Shown in pieces: positions 36,093-45,513 of a stretch of 64,000 nucleotides of DNA. This stretch comes from Candidatus Gottesmanbacteria bacterium UBA5942. GTDB lineage: Bacteria; Patescibacteriota; Microgenomatia; UBA10105; UBA927. The notes under the pieces are model-generated. The model worked only from the letters and a program-made list of their open reading frames with translations, did not search any database and had not been told where the DNA came from. Each line of letters opens with the position of its first letter. The stretch's first letter is position 1. Both the position numbers and the translations under genes were made by a program. The stretch is taken from the NCBI GenBank assembly GCA_002430725.1, contig DJCU01000035.1, forward strand, positions 19,324 through 83,323, in the 5' to 3' direction.

Positions 36093-37265
36093 TTAATACG
36101 TTACTGTTGTTCCTGTGGGCAACATTTCTATCCATATTTGCCCGCGAGTTAAGTTAATTTCTTTATTCGCTGTATCAAAAAACTTTGTCCGCGCGTTTCT
36201 TGTCTCTTTTTTCCAAACTCCTTTGGTAGCCTCTCCATCCTGGAATACAATTGCCTCACCGCTCCCGATATTTTCATACAAAAGATGCGCGTGTGTATCA
36301 ACTGGCCCAATCTCTTTCGCAAATAATATGACTACTACTTTGGCGGATAGCTGCTCTTTGGTTTCCAAATCAGTATGCGCGATACCACCGTTATACCGCT
36401 TATAGACATTGGCGGTTTTATCGTAGTCCCACCGTACACCGTACTGCTTTTCATACCCTTTCCAGGCTGAAAAACTTATAGAGGTGTTTGTCCCACGCTC
36501 ATTCTCTTTTGCATCGTCTTTGAATTTCCAAGGCTGAAACCCTTTATCCCAAGAAACTCCAGAAGCATCGGTGTTTGTCCACCCTCTGGTTTTGGCGAGA
36601 GCGATAAGCTTGTCTGTGACACATACCATAGTGTGCTCTGTCGCGACAGGATGATCTAATCGATCGTAATTTCTGAAACACGTAGGAAATGAGATGCCAA
36701 ACTGATCCATGTCCTTCACTTTGTATTGTTGAATATGGCAAAGTGCTTTGGCACGATCATCAACTGTATCGTCATTACAAAGACCAGCTCCTCCGACATG
36801 GTTATACAACGCATCGTATTCTAATACCCAAGGCAAATAGTATTCGCGTGCGCTTCGTACTGGCGCCAAGTTTACAGTTTCTGCCGCTATACCGCAGTAA
36901 AAAATACCCATAAATCGAGTAATTCCTCCTTCGGCAACTGCCTCATATACAACATCAGCCTTGGATAATCCTGACTGTGGACGTGATTCTTCATGGTTTT
37001 CTATCATGACCGCAAGCGGTCTCCGTGCCGACCAAATATCTTTTTCTTGCTTTGTATACAATTTACCGTTTATCGGACAAACCTCTGTGCGAGGCAAAGA
37101 CGGATCTATAGCGAAATGCTCTTGTTGCCCATTTTGTGTAACAGGTGTTTTGCTACCAGAAGATGTTTTCCCCAGGAAAGAAAAACCAGCGTACGACAAA
37201 CCAGTCGCAGCGAGATAAAGTACTAAACCAACAATAATCGTAGAAATAAATTTTTGTTTGTTCAT
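36093..37265 (-). CDS. DUF3048 family secreted protein
   Basis: Signal peptide. RPLAVMIENHEESRPQSGLSKADVVYEAVAEGGITRFMGIF matches the DUF3048 N-domain signature. Confidence 0.6.
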   Translation of the reverse strand: MNKQKFISTIIVGLVLYLAATGLSYAGFSFLGKTSSGSKTPVTQNGQQEHFAIDPSLPRTEVCPINGKLYTKQEKDIWSARRPLAVMIENHEESRPQSGLSKADVVYEAVAEGGITRFMGIFYCGIAAETVNLAPVRSAREYYLPWVLEYDALYNHVGGAGLCNDDTVDDRAKALCHIQQYKVKDMDQFGISFPTCFRNYDRLDHPVATEHTMVCVTDKLIALAKTRGWTNTDASGVSWDKGFQPWKFKDDAKENERGTNTSISFSAWKGYEKQYGVRWDYDKTANVYKRYNGGIAHTDLETKEQLSAKVVVILFAKEIGPVDTHAHLLYENIGSGEAIVFQDGEATKGVWKKETRNARTKFFDTANKEINLTRGQIWIEMLPTGTTVTY

Positions 37266-37744
37266 GATATTCCTCCTATATGTTTTGCGTTATCTATGGC
37301 TGATTCTTCTTCCTTTGATAACGCAAGATCTTTTCCTTTTCCTGCTATTATTTCTTTTATATACCATCTGTTGCCTGCCCGAGCATAGAGTGATGTCATC
37401 ACGATACCGGAATTTTTTCCGTCAAGCAGGGCAATCGAAAAACTTTGTGCTCCTCCCGTATCGGCAAACGGATTAAATCGGACAATGCCAATTCGTTGTA
37501 CATGTAAAGCGCCATCCGCCTGTAGTTCGCGTGTCACTTTCTCAAGCGCCACACTTCTGGATTTCATATCCTGAAGTGAATTGAGCATGGATTCAAGCAC
37601 TTCCAAGAGACTCTGCTTGGTGACACCCTTACTTAACCTATTATAATGGGAAATCATCCGAATTAGCAAAACGGAAATGATACTGAGCCATATCAAAAAA
37701 CCTATGGCAATTCCTGTAATAAGTAACGTGCTATTGAACACCAT
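37262..37744 (-). CDS. DUF4446 family membrane-anchored protein
   Basis: N-terminal TM segment. RIGIVRFNPFADTGGAQSFSIALLD...IVMTSLYAR signature. Confidence 0.55.
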   Translation of the reverse strand: MVFNSTLLITGIAIGFLIWLSIISVLLIRMISHYNRLSKGVTKQSLLEVLESMLNSLQDMKSRSVALEKVTRELQADGALHVQRIGIVRFNPFADTGGAQSFSIALLDGKNSGIVMTSLYARAGNRWYIKEIIAGKGKDLALSKEEESAIDNAKHIGGIS

Positions 37745-38214
37745 TCGTATTCATTATATTACGATTCCAATTTAATTTTTGTCAATCACGATTTCTGGAT
37801 ATTACGAGAGGCAACACAACACTACTCGCTTCACATCGAGGCTATTTTATTTGACAACCGAAGCCGCGCTATGCTACGCTCATGCGCACGGATATTACGC
37901 AGTATGCCTAAGAAAACAAAAAAGGAAAAACTGCTCGCTCAGCGTCACAGAACGAAACTACCCCCTGTGGCGATCCAAACTACCTCGGAAACGCCAGCTC
38001 TACCACTGATGCCCACACAAATTTCATTTACTATTCCAAACATACATAAATCATCTTCTGCAAAAACAGTCACACAAGAAGAATCAAGGGTATTACGTGC
38101 AGACATAATAAAAACGGTTATTCTTACGACTATTATTCTTATAAGTGAATTCCTGCTCGCTCGATCATTGCCGCAATAAAAAAAGTATTGTGGTGAAAGG
38201 AGGTGAATACTACT

Positions 38215-38355
38215 ATGGCACAAATGTATTGTGTAAAATGCCGCGCGAAGCGCGAAGATCCAAACGCCGTTAAAGTTACCATGAAAAATGGCAAACCGGC
38301 TATGAAAGGCAAATGCCCGGTCTGTGGTACAGGAATGTACAAGATTGGTGGCTAA
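38215..38355 (+). CDS. DUF5679 small zinc-ribbon protein (46 aa)
   Basis: Not in the ORF track. RBS AAAGGAGGTG. Sequence MAQMYCVKCRAKREDPNAVKVTMKNGKPAMKGKCPVCGTGMYKIGG with two CxxC pairs. A terminator follows. Confidence 0.7.
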   Translation: MAQMYCVKCRAKREDPNAVKVTMKNGKPAMKGKCPVCGTGMYKIGG

Positions 38356-38386
38356 TTTTTTTCTGGTAAGACGTTTTATCAAAATA

Positions 38387-38417
38387 CCCCGCGTCCTAAA
38401 AGGCGCGGGGTTTTTTT
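38387..38417 (+). terminator. intrinsic terminator
   Basis: CCCCGCG-uccuaaaag-GCGCGGGG followed by U7. Confidence 0.75.
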
Positions 38418-38421
38418 ATCT

Positions 38422-39948
38422 TCACACTTCGTGCGGCCTGTATTGGAGCGCTTCTGCTACATGTTGGAGACGTATCTGTGCTACCCCAGAAAGATCAGCG
38501 ATTGTCCGCGACACTTTTAAAATCCGATAATAACTTCTTGCAGAAAGCCCCATCTTGGTAACCGCCTGCCGCAAAAAGCCTCCTGCATCTTCAGGCAACA
38601 CACAGTACTCTCTCGCGAACTTGGTAGTCATTTCCCCATTACAGGTTATTTTTGTCCCCACAAATCGTTTTGTCTGTATATTTCTCGCGTGCTGCACTCT
38701 TTTTTGTACGATCTTTGAAGACTCGCTAGGCGGCATATCTATACTAAGTTTATATGAAGGCACGACTGGCACCTGCACATGTAAATCGATACGGTCGATA
38801 AGAGGCCCTGAAATTCGCTTCTGATAACGAACAACTGCACCCGGCAAACATGTGCATGGTTTCGCGACTGAATGAAAGTTTCCGCAGGGGCAAGGATTTG
38901 CTGCAGCAACAAGCATAAACTTTGCCGGATACCGAACAGTGCCTACTGCTCTTGATATCGTTACCACCCCATCTTCTACCGGCTGACGTAGTGCTTCCAA
39001 GACATGACGGGGATATTCAGGAAATTCGTCTAAAAATAACACTCCTCTATGAGCAAGCGATATCTCTCCTGGTGTCGGTCGAGTACCACCTCCAATCAGG
39101 CCAATACGAGAAGTTGTATGATGCGGAGAACGAAACGGGCGATATTTTACCAAAGATTCACCACTCGACAGGTTGCCGGTCACTGAATACACTTTCGTGA
39201 CCTCTATTGCCTCTTCTTCGGTCATTGCCGGCAAAATTGATGGTAGAGTGCGGGCGAGCATTGTTTTACCCGCTCCCGGAGGACCTTGCATAAACACATT
39301 GTGCCCACCCGCTGCGGCAATTTCGAGCACACGCTTCACATGCTCCTGCCCTGCTACATCGGCAAAATCAAACTCAAAGCCCTGTGGAATACTCACTTCT
39401 GAAAATGGCGTATGAGGATATATCGGAAGTTCCTCACTTTTGGATAAATGTCGAAATAATCCCAAAAGCGTTGGCACAGATACAATCCGTAATCCGCGGA
39501 TCACCGATGCTTCTTTTGCGTCAGGACTAGGAACATACATCGTATCTGCCAATTTATTATCCCTCACCATGAGTGCCAACGGTAATATGCCGTTGGTGTG
39601 TCTTACTCCACCATCGAGAGACAGTTCTCCAACAAAAAGCGCGTTGCTAGTAAGAGGCGCTAATTGACCTGATGCGATTAACATGCCGAGCGCTATGGGT
39701 AGATCGTACGCTGGGCCAATCTTTGGAAGATCAGCAGGCGCTAAATTAACAGTGATACGATGGTCAGGAAACTCTGCGCCACTATTTTTAAGTGCAGCTC
39801 TTACTCGCTCTCTACTCTCCTCCACTGCTTTATCTGGCAGACCGACTATCGTAAATGATGGAAGGCTTTGAGAAGAAATATCTACCTCTACCGTCACCGG
39901 CACCGCATCTAAACCCACGACTGCTCCGGACAGAATTTTTGCAAGCAT
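38422..39948 (-). CDS. comM: YifB/ComM-family Mg-chelatase-like AAA+ ATPase
   Basis: N-terminal Lon-like/ChlI domain, Walker A GPPGAGKT, and a C-terminal Mg_chelatase_C domain. 508 aa. Confidence 0.85.
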   Translation of the reverse strand: MLAKILSGAVVGLDAVPVTVEVDISSQSLPSFTIVGLPDKAVEESRERVRAALKNSGAEFPDHRITVNLAPADLPKIGPAYDLPIALGMLIASGQLAPLTSNALFVGELSLDGGVRHTNGILPLALMVRDNKLADTMYVPSPDAKEASVIRGLRIVSVPTLLGLFRHLSKSEELPIYPHTPFSEVSIPQGFEFDFADVAGQEHVKRVLEIAAAGGHNVFMQGPPGAGKTMLARTLPSILPAMTEEEAIEVTKVYSVTGNLSSGESLVKYRPFRSPHHTTSRIGLIGGGTRPTPGEISLAHRGVLFLDEFPEYPRHVLEALRQPVEDGVVTISRAVGTVRYPAKFMLVAAANPCPCGNFHSVAKPCTCLPGAVVRYQKRISGPLIDRIDLHVQVPVVPSYKLSIDMPPSESSKIVQKRVQHARNIQTKRFVGTKITCNGEMTTKFAREYCVLPEDAGGFLRQAVTKMGLSARSYYRILKVSRTIADLSGVAQIRLQHVAEALQYRPHEV

Positions 39949-40021
39949 TACCCCCTACAATACTCGGAAATAATGCATATTTCAGTGGAATATCTTACAG
40001 AAATGAAGTATACTATAAGCT

Positions 40022-40383
40022 GCACTTTGGGAACCCGGATTCTCGCCCTGATTTAATCGGGGAGGAAAGTCCAGACAGCAAAATGCAGGGGACTCCGCAT
40101 AAGCGGAGCGTCGCAAGATCGGGTGTCTTAATCTCGTAAGGGGTTAGGAACAAAATCTGAATTGACAGATTGAGAGAGCCACAGAGACGATCATCAGCCG
40201 CAAGCCTAACAGGCTCGGAAGATGGGTGAAACGTTGGCAATCCCACCCGCTGCAACCGGAGACTGGTCCGTTATTACCACGCATTTGGGAGGACCGAATT
40301 TTACGGGCATAAGAGAAATGAGAGTCTATTCGCCAATCCTGGCGAAAAAACAGAATCTGGCTTACGAGGATCCCAAGGTGCAC
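40022..40383 (+). ncRNA. rnpB: RNase P RNA (bacterial type)
   Basis: P4 5' strand GGAGGAAAGUCCAGAC. 3' strand ACAGAAUCUGGCUUACGAGG. P1 pairing GGAUUCUCG/CGAGGAUCC extended by GCACUUUGGG/CCAAGGUGCAC. P3-like hairpin CCCUGAUU-ua-AAUCGGGG. The terminator hairpin AAAAUUCCCAUAAA-uau-GUUUAUGGGAAUUUUUGU follows at 40384..40418. Confidence 0.7.
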
Positions 40384-40545
40384 AAAATTCCCATAAATAT
40401 GTTTATGGGAATTTTTGTACCGCAGGGACCGCGACATAGTCCGAGGATCCCAAGGTGCACCAAGAAAACCCATAGAAATATTGATTTTCTTGTGAACTGC
40501 AGAGAGTTCGCACGTAGCACGAGGATCCCGAAGTGCAAATAAAAA
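40365..40545 (+). repeat. 2.5 tandem copies of a ~78-bp unit beginning with the rnpB 3'-terminal (P1 3'-strand) sequence CGAGGATCCCAAGGTGCAC
   Basis: Copies start at 40365, 40443 and 40520 (the third is degenerate, CGAGGATCCCGAAGTGCAA). Each is followed by a hairpin (AAAATTCCCATAAA/TTTATGGGAATTTT; CAAGAAAA/TTTTCTTG) and a conserved tail TG.AC.GCAG.GA..CGC.C.TAG. Confidence 0.6.
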
Positions 40546-41541
40546 CTACTTACCCTTCGGAGAAACTGGGAATGAATTAACGATTTCCTGTATAGATATA
40601 AGTACCGGAACTGCCAAAACTGCCCCCGCAATTCCTCCAAATCTCCCACCGATCATAAGTGCCAAAATAGTGAGTACCGGAGACAATCCGACACTCTGCT
40701 TCATAACAAGCGGTACCAATAAATTATTTTCTATCTGCTGGACTATGATATAGAGTGCGGCAACAGAAAGGGCAAGCCCTGGAGAACTACCAAAAGCAAC
40801 AAGCACCGCAGGAATAGCAGATACTGTTGGGCCTATCGTAGGAACTATTTCCAGTAAGCCTGCAAAAATCGCGAGTGGCAACGCATACTCCACACGCAAG
40901 AAAAATAATCCTCCGTACACGAGAAGCCCTATAAATATCATCAAACAGACCTGCCCCAATACCCAGGCTCCCAGCCGCTTTTCTATCTGCAAAAGTACAG
41001 TAAACACTCTCTCGCCTACTCCATCTCCAAGAAAGCCGGTAAGAAAATTTTCAAGGTGTTTACGTTCTAACAAAAAGTAAAAGGTAAATGTCATCACCGT
41101 AAGCACTGCAATCACGTTTGAAAATACACCGACAGTCACTCGCAACAAATTTTCACCAACGGGCCCCGCCTGCTGCAAAAGAGAACGAACGTCTGACGAA
41201 ACATAAGGGAATATTCGAGACAAGAAATCAGGAAGTTGAGCAAATAACTTCGTTGATTGGCTACTAAGCGGTGGAATCATGCTCACTACCCCCGCACCGA
41301 GTCCACCAAAAATTATCCCGTACAACAAAAGTATAGACATAAACCGTGGAATACGAAGCTTACTCATCCCATCGACAATCGGTCGGAGGGCGGACATGAG
41401 AATAAATGAGATAAAAAGCAAAAAAAGGATATCGCGTATCTGTAAAACAAGCCAGATAGCGGCGATGAGAACCAACGTAAATATAATCGTTCTATGGGAT
41501 ATTTCTATTTTGGTTGGCATAACTTCTTTTAAGTATACCAC
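40546..41541 (-). CDS. AI-2E family transporter (UPF0118/PerM-like)
   Basis: 8 TM segments. C-terminal region with the conserved GG..G and P..G pattern of AI-2E. Confidence 0.7.
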   Translation of the reverse strand: MVYLKEVMPTKIEISHRTIIFTLVLIAAIWLVLQIRDILFLLFISFILMSALRPIVDGMSKLRIPRFMSILLLYGIIFGGLGAGVVSMIPPLSSQSTKLFAQLPDFLSRIFPYVSSDVRSLLQQAGPVGENLLRVTVGVFSNVIAVLTVMTFTFYFLLERKHLENFLTGFLGDGVGERVFTVLLQIEKRLGAWVLGQVCLMIFIGLLVYGGLFFLRVEYALPLAIFAGLLEIVPTIGPTVSAIPAVLVAFGSSPGLALSVAALYIIVQQIENNLLVPLVMKQSVGLSPVLTILALMIGGRFGGIAGAVLAVPVLISIQEIVNSFPVSPKGK

Positions 41542-42494
41542 TCACGCACTTCCTTCTCTACAAGCGCCGCAAGATAATCCTGACGGCTATCAAACCATCG
41601 AATATTTTTGTTTTTTTTAAACCACACTATTTGTCGCTTCGCGTATGCTATTTCCTGTTTTTCCCATGCTTCCAACGCCTCCTCTTCTGTTTTTTGATGA
41701 GATAGATAATCACGAATTGGCTCTATACCTAACGCGCTTACCACTGGCATATTGGTCACCATATTACCAAGTTTTTTAACCTCATCTATGGCACCGTTTT
41801 CCCATCGGGCTCGAACACGTTTACGAATATTGTATTCCATATCCGATAAGTCACTCCGAAGTCCTATCCATAATTCACTTAATTGTTTTTCTTTTTTTTC
41901 AAGCCTGTTATGTCGCTTGAGCCATTGGCTCACCTCTAATGCGCGTATAAGTCTCCTGGGGTTATTTTTGTCAGAATTATTCATACGCGACAAACGTATG
42001 GGGTCTATATTTTCCAACTCCTTCTGAAGAGTGTCTCGTGAGAGTGTGTCCCACCTGAGTCTTGCTTCCTTATCGATAGGTACATCAATAGTTTCTGGAG
42101 CGTCAGTCACTGACCGTATATACAAACCTGCTCCACCGACAATGATAGGCAGCTTTCCTCTTGAGGAGATATCTGTGATTGCAGATTGAGCCAGTGCATG
42201 ATACAGTGAAATACTACACACCTCGTGAGGAGAAACAGCATCGTAAAGCCACACTGGAATGTCGTCTATCTGATAAGTAACAAGCGGGTATGTTTCACCT
42301 CGAAATAAAACAGTCTGTTGATGAGTAGGTGTATCACCAGGACGGATATCTTTACCTGAAATAACATCGAGCCCTTTGTAGATTTGACGCGAGTCAGCAC
42401 TTACCAGTTCTCCATGCAATTGCTTTGCAATGGTAACTGCTAATTTCGTTTTTCCGCTCGCTGTAGGACCCGCAATAACAAGCACTTTGATCAT
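41529..42494 (-). CDS. miaA: tRNA dimethylallyltransferase
   Basis: P-loop GPTASGKT and SADSRQIYKGLDV. Confidence 0.9.
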   Translation of the reverse strand: MIKVLVIAGPTASGKTKLAVTIAKQLHGELVSADSRQIYKGLDVISGKDIRPGDTPTHQQTVLFRGETYPLVTYQIDDIPVWLYDAVSPHEVCSISLYHALAQSAITDISSRGKLPIIVGGAGLYIRSVTDAPETIDVPIDKEARLRWDTLSRDTLQKELENIDPIRLSRMNNSDKNNPRRLIRALEVSQWLKRHNRLEKKEKQLSELWIGLRSDLSDMEYNIRKRVRARWENGAIDEVKKLGNMVTNMPVVSALGIEPIRDYLSHQKTEEEALEAWEKQEIAYAKRQIVWFKKNKNIRWFDSRQDYLAALVEKEVREWYT

Positions 42495-43714
42495 TTGTAT
42501 GTACCTGCTCGTAAATTTGTTTTATTGATCATTTCTTCCAATACTGCCCATCTCCGCTTCTTCTCGACAAACGGGATACTGTCGGTAAGCGCTTTATGAG
42601 CCGCTGTCATTGGCCTATCGGAATATATGGCAACGTAGGCTTTGCTAAACCCAACCTCTCTAGCCAACTTCACTGTATTTTCAAATTGTGTCTCCGTCTC
42701 TCCCGGAAACCCAACAATAATATCCGTACTTATCGTGACACCCTTTATATGAGTTTTAAGTTTGGAAACAAGTGCAAGATATTCTTCACGGGTATACCAA
42801 CGGTTCATTTTTTTCAACACATCGTTATCCCCCGCTTGCACTGGTAAATGGATATGACGGGATATTTTTTCATTGTTGGCAATTACCTGAATTAAATCAT
42901 CTGAAAAATCCCAAGGATTACTGGAGATAAAATCTATTACTTCAATCCCCTCGATTTCACTTATTGCCGTAAGTAGTTGTGGAAATAAAGTTGGGATACG
43001 TAATCTCCCCAAATGCTTCACATAGGTAGGCTTCATTTGTTTTCCCTCTATGGTAAATATTTTTTCTTTTTCTTTATTGTTTTTTTCGATACGAAAATAT
43101 TGTTTATCAGGTAAATCGCGCATCACTTGTATATTATCTGCGCCAACAAGTAAGTCCGCGCCGTATGAATTAACGTTTTGCCCGACTAACGTGATGTGCG
43201 CCATCCCCTTGGCTGCAAGCTCACGCACTTCTTCGATGATATCTCCCATGGGTCTACTGATCTCCCGCCCCCTAGTAAACGGCACCACACAAAATGTGCA
43301 GAAATTGTTGCACCCGTTAGCAATCGGTACCCATGCATGATGCGCGTTCGTTCTGATGGGTGCGAAATCAAATCCCACCTCCTCAATGGGTAAAAATTCA
43401 TCCACTCCCGGCATTTTTTTGGCGAGGGTTGCCAGCATTTTCCCGGTCTTTTCGCGAGCCGCCATACCCACCATGCATCCGGTGACAACAATTTTTACTT
43501 TTCTTCCTTTTTTCTTTTCTTCCGTAAGGTTGTATACGAGTCCATATACCCGATGCTCTGCAGACGCCCTGATCATACAGGTATTAATCACCACATCATC
43601 AGCGGCTTTCATGGTTTTGGATCGTGTATACCCGCGTGCCTCGTATAAAGCGGCGACACGCTCCGAGTCCGCTTCGTTAGCGGCACAGCCGAATGTTTTG
43701 ATGAAGTATTTCAT
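42491..43714 (-). CDS. miaB: radical-SAM methylthiotransferase MiaB-like
   Basis: N-terminal MTTase domain. Radical SAM CNNFCTFC. C-terminal TRAM domain. Overlaps the miaA start. Confidence 0.85.
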   Translation of the reverse strand: MKYFIKTFGCAANEADSERVAALYEARGYTRSKTMKAADDVVINTCMIRASAEHRVYGLVYNLTEEKKKGRKVKIVVTGCMVGMAAREKTGKMLATLAKKMPGVDEFLPIEEVGFDFAPIRTNAHHAWVPIANGCNNFCTFCVVPFTRGREISRPMGDIIEEVRELAAKGMAHITLVGQNVNSYGADLLVGADNIQVMRDLPDKQYFRIEKNNKEKEKIFTIEGKQMKPTYVKHLGRLRIPTLFPQLLTAISEIEGIEVIDFISSNPWDFSDDLIQVIANNEKISRHIHLPVQAGDNDVLKKMNRWYTREEYLALVSKLKTHIKGVTISTDIIVGFPGETETQFENTVKLAREVGFSKAYVAIYSDRPMTAAHKALTDSIPFVEKKRRWAVLEEMINKTNLRAGTYK

Positions 43715-43758
43715 AACTTATAGCGAATCTAATATACGAACGTTATCTAGCTTACGAA

Positions 43759-44655
43759 TTATACCACCCTTAGCCTCGAAGTTAGTTCATGCTTCAATCG
43801 CCTTATGGTCTTAAACCACTTATTTGGCTTAAATAATATTAGTCCATCCTTAGTGAGGATCTTACATTTAACCTTTGGTCTTCTGCCTGGAATATGTTTG
43901 TCCAAAATCACACCCAGTGTTTCATTTTGTAACTCCGTACGAAAATCATCCAGGTATGCACTTATCACAGTGGTTTCTCGCCAGAAATGGTTTATGAGCT
44001 GCACCTGTTGATCAATTGTCTTAGTTTGTGGCTGACCAATAAATTCGGGAAATATATCGTCAATTAAGTCTTTATGCTTATTAAGCAGAACATGACTCGT
44101 AACTTCATTAAACTCCGATTTCATTTTCCTGAGGGACATAAAAATAATTTCATAAGACTCAAACGAACTCAATAAATTGAAGTATGCTGTTATGACTTTA
44201 TTGTGCTGATTATTAATTTCGTCCCATTTATCTGTCCTATGCTTTGTAATATTACCCGCGTTGACTAGGGGATTATTCTGACTAGTTACAAAATAGTTCA
44301 ACCATTGGATAACACTACTATAGTCAATCAGCGCGCTTGAGAAATTGAATAAGTGTTGTTGAAAATTCTCCCAAGCCGTATGTATGACTTTATGCTCAAA
44401 TTGTTTACGTATCTGACTGAAAGCGGCTAATACTCCAACAAGCGCCGCCAAAATCGTAGTGACTGCGCCTCCAACAGAACCTATAAAGTCGACCTCTTTG
44501 CTTGTTAAAGCATTAATCCAATCAACAATTCCACTACCCATAACTAACACAAGGAAGGAAAACCCAAATCCTATTCCAAACATTACGCCCACAAAAAATA
44601 ACCGCTCTATAAGAATTAACGTTTTGCGATATGATTGCATCAAATTCGGTGACAT
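43759..44655 (-). CDS. hypothetical membrane protein (orphan)
   Basis: N-terminal 2-3 TM segments, then a soluble AT-rich, Lys/Asn-rich domain. No family recognised. Confidence 0.4.
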   Translation of the reverse strand: MSPNLMQSYRKTLILIERLFFVGVMFGIGFGFSFLVLVMGSGIVDWINALTSKEVDFIGSVGGAVTTILAALVGVLAAFSQIRKQFEHKVIHTAWENFQQHLFNFSSALIDYSSVIQWLNYFVTSQNNPLVNAGNITKHRTDKWDEINNQHNKVITAYFNLLSSFESYEIIFMSLRKMKSEFNEVTSHVLLNKHKDLIDDIFPEFIGQPQTKTIDQQVQLINHFWRETTVISAYLDDFRTELQNETLGVILDKHIPGRRPKVKCKILTKDGLILFKPNKWFKTIRRLKHELTSRLRVV

Positions 44656-44736
44656 CGGAAGGTGGGGGCAAGCAGGAAGATTATAGCGAAGGTTTGATCA
44701 AAAAGGAATAATAATCCCCAAAACGGTCAAGGCGCC

Positions 44737-45510
44737 TTACGAAAGAATAAACTTCTCGATCACGACTGCCACCCCATCTTCAGTGACCGTTGGGGCGATA
44801 AAATCAGCAACAGCTTTTAGTTCCGGCACTGCATTTCCCATGGCTATCTTAAGCCCGCATGCTTCGAGCAAAGGAAAGTCATTGTAGCCATCTCCTATGC
44901 CAATTGTTTCTTCTGGCTGTACCCCAATACGTTTACATATTTCCACCACGCTATGAAGCTTTGTGGCAGTAGCACTTGTTACGGAAACCCATACATTTCC
45001 TTTCTGGTATGAAGGAGGTGTTTGTATAGAAATATTTGGTATTTTAGTAAGTTCGTCTCTAAGCGCCATAGCAATCCGTACAGGCACTTCCGGCACACAC
45101 AGTGAACACACCTCATCTGGAAATAATCCGCCCTCGTAATACTCTTCTGTTTCTCCGGTATTTACCATAAACCGCAACTTTTTTTTCGCAAAAAAGTCTG
45201 CAACAAGCCCAATTTCTTTTTTGGGCAACGCAAACGTTTTGACAATTTTTTTCTTTTTGGGATCATAAATTTGTGTCGCATCATTTATGCCGCAGGGGTC
45301 ATACACTCCCAAGGCATGAATAACGTCTTTGGCGATAAAAATTGGCCTGCTGGTACACACACAAACATGCGCCAGTTTTTGCGCGGCCTCTACCGCACGC
45401 ACCACTCGCGGTGTAGGCACGCCATCTACAGCGTTGGGCACGCTTGTACCATCAACATCCATAATGATGGCTTTGTATTTCATTGGGGATACTACAACAA
45501 CATGAGGCAA
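44737..45510 (-). CDS. HAD-IIB (Cof-like) hydrolase
   Basis: Motif I IIMDVDGT and C-terminal GDGYND. Confidence 0.75.
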   Translation of the reverse strand: MPHVVVVSPMKYKAIIMDVDGTSVPNAVDGVPTPRVVRAVEAAQKLAHVCVCTSRPIFIAKDVIHALGVYDPCGINDATQIYDPKKKKIVKTFALPKKEIGLVADFFAKKKLRFMVNTGETEEYYEGGLFPDEVCSLCVPEVPVRIAMALRDELTKIPNISIQTPPSYQKGNVWVSVTSATATKLHSVVEICKRIGVQPEETIGIGDGYNDFPLLEACGLKIAMGNAVPELKAVADFIAPTVTEDGVAVVIEKFILS

Positions 45511-45513
45511 ACG

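Noticed and set aside
40365-40545. Possible CRISPR array (repeats CGAGGATCCCAAGGTGCAC)
   Set aside because: The repeat is only 19 nt and there are only 2.5 copies. The whole 78-nt unit, including the so-called spacer, is conserved between copies. It is a tandem duplication of the rnpB 3' end, not repeat-spacer architecture, and there are no cas genes.
40013-40649. Four overlapping ORFs (80, 109, 106 and 95 aa)
   Set aside because: They lie on RNase P RNA and its downstream repeat/hairpin region. They have low-complexity translations and no RBS, so they are spurious.
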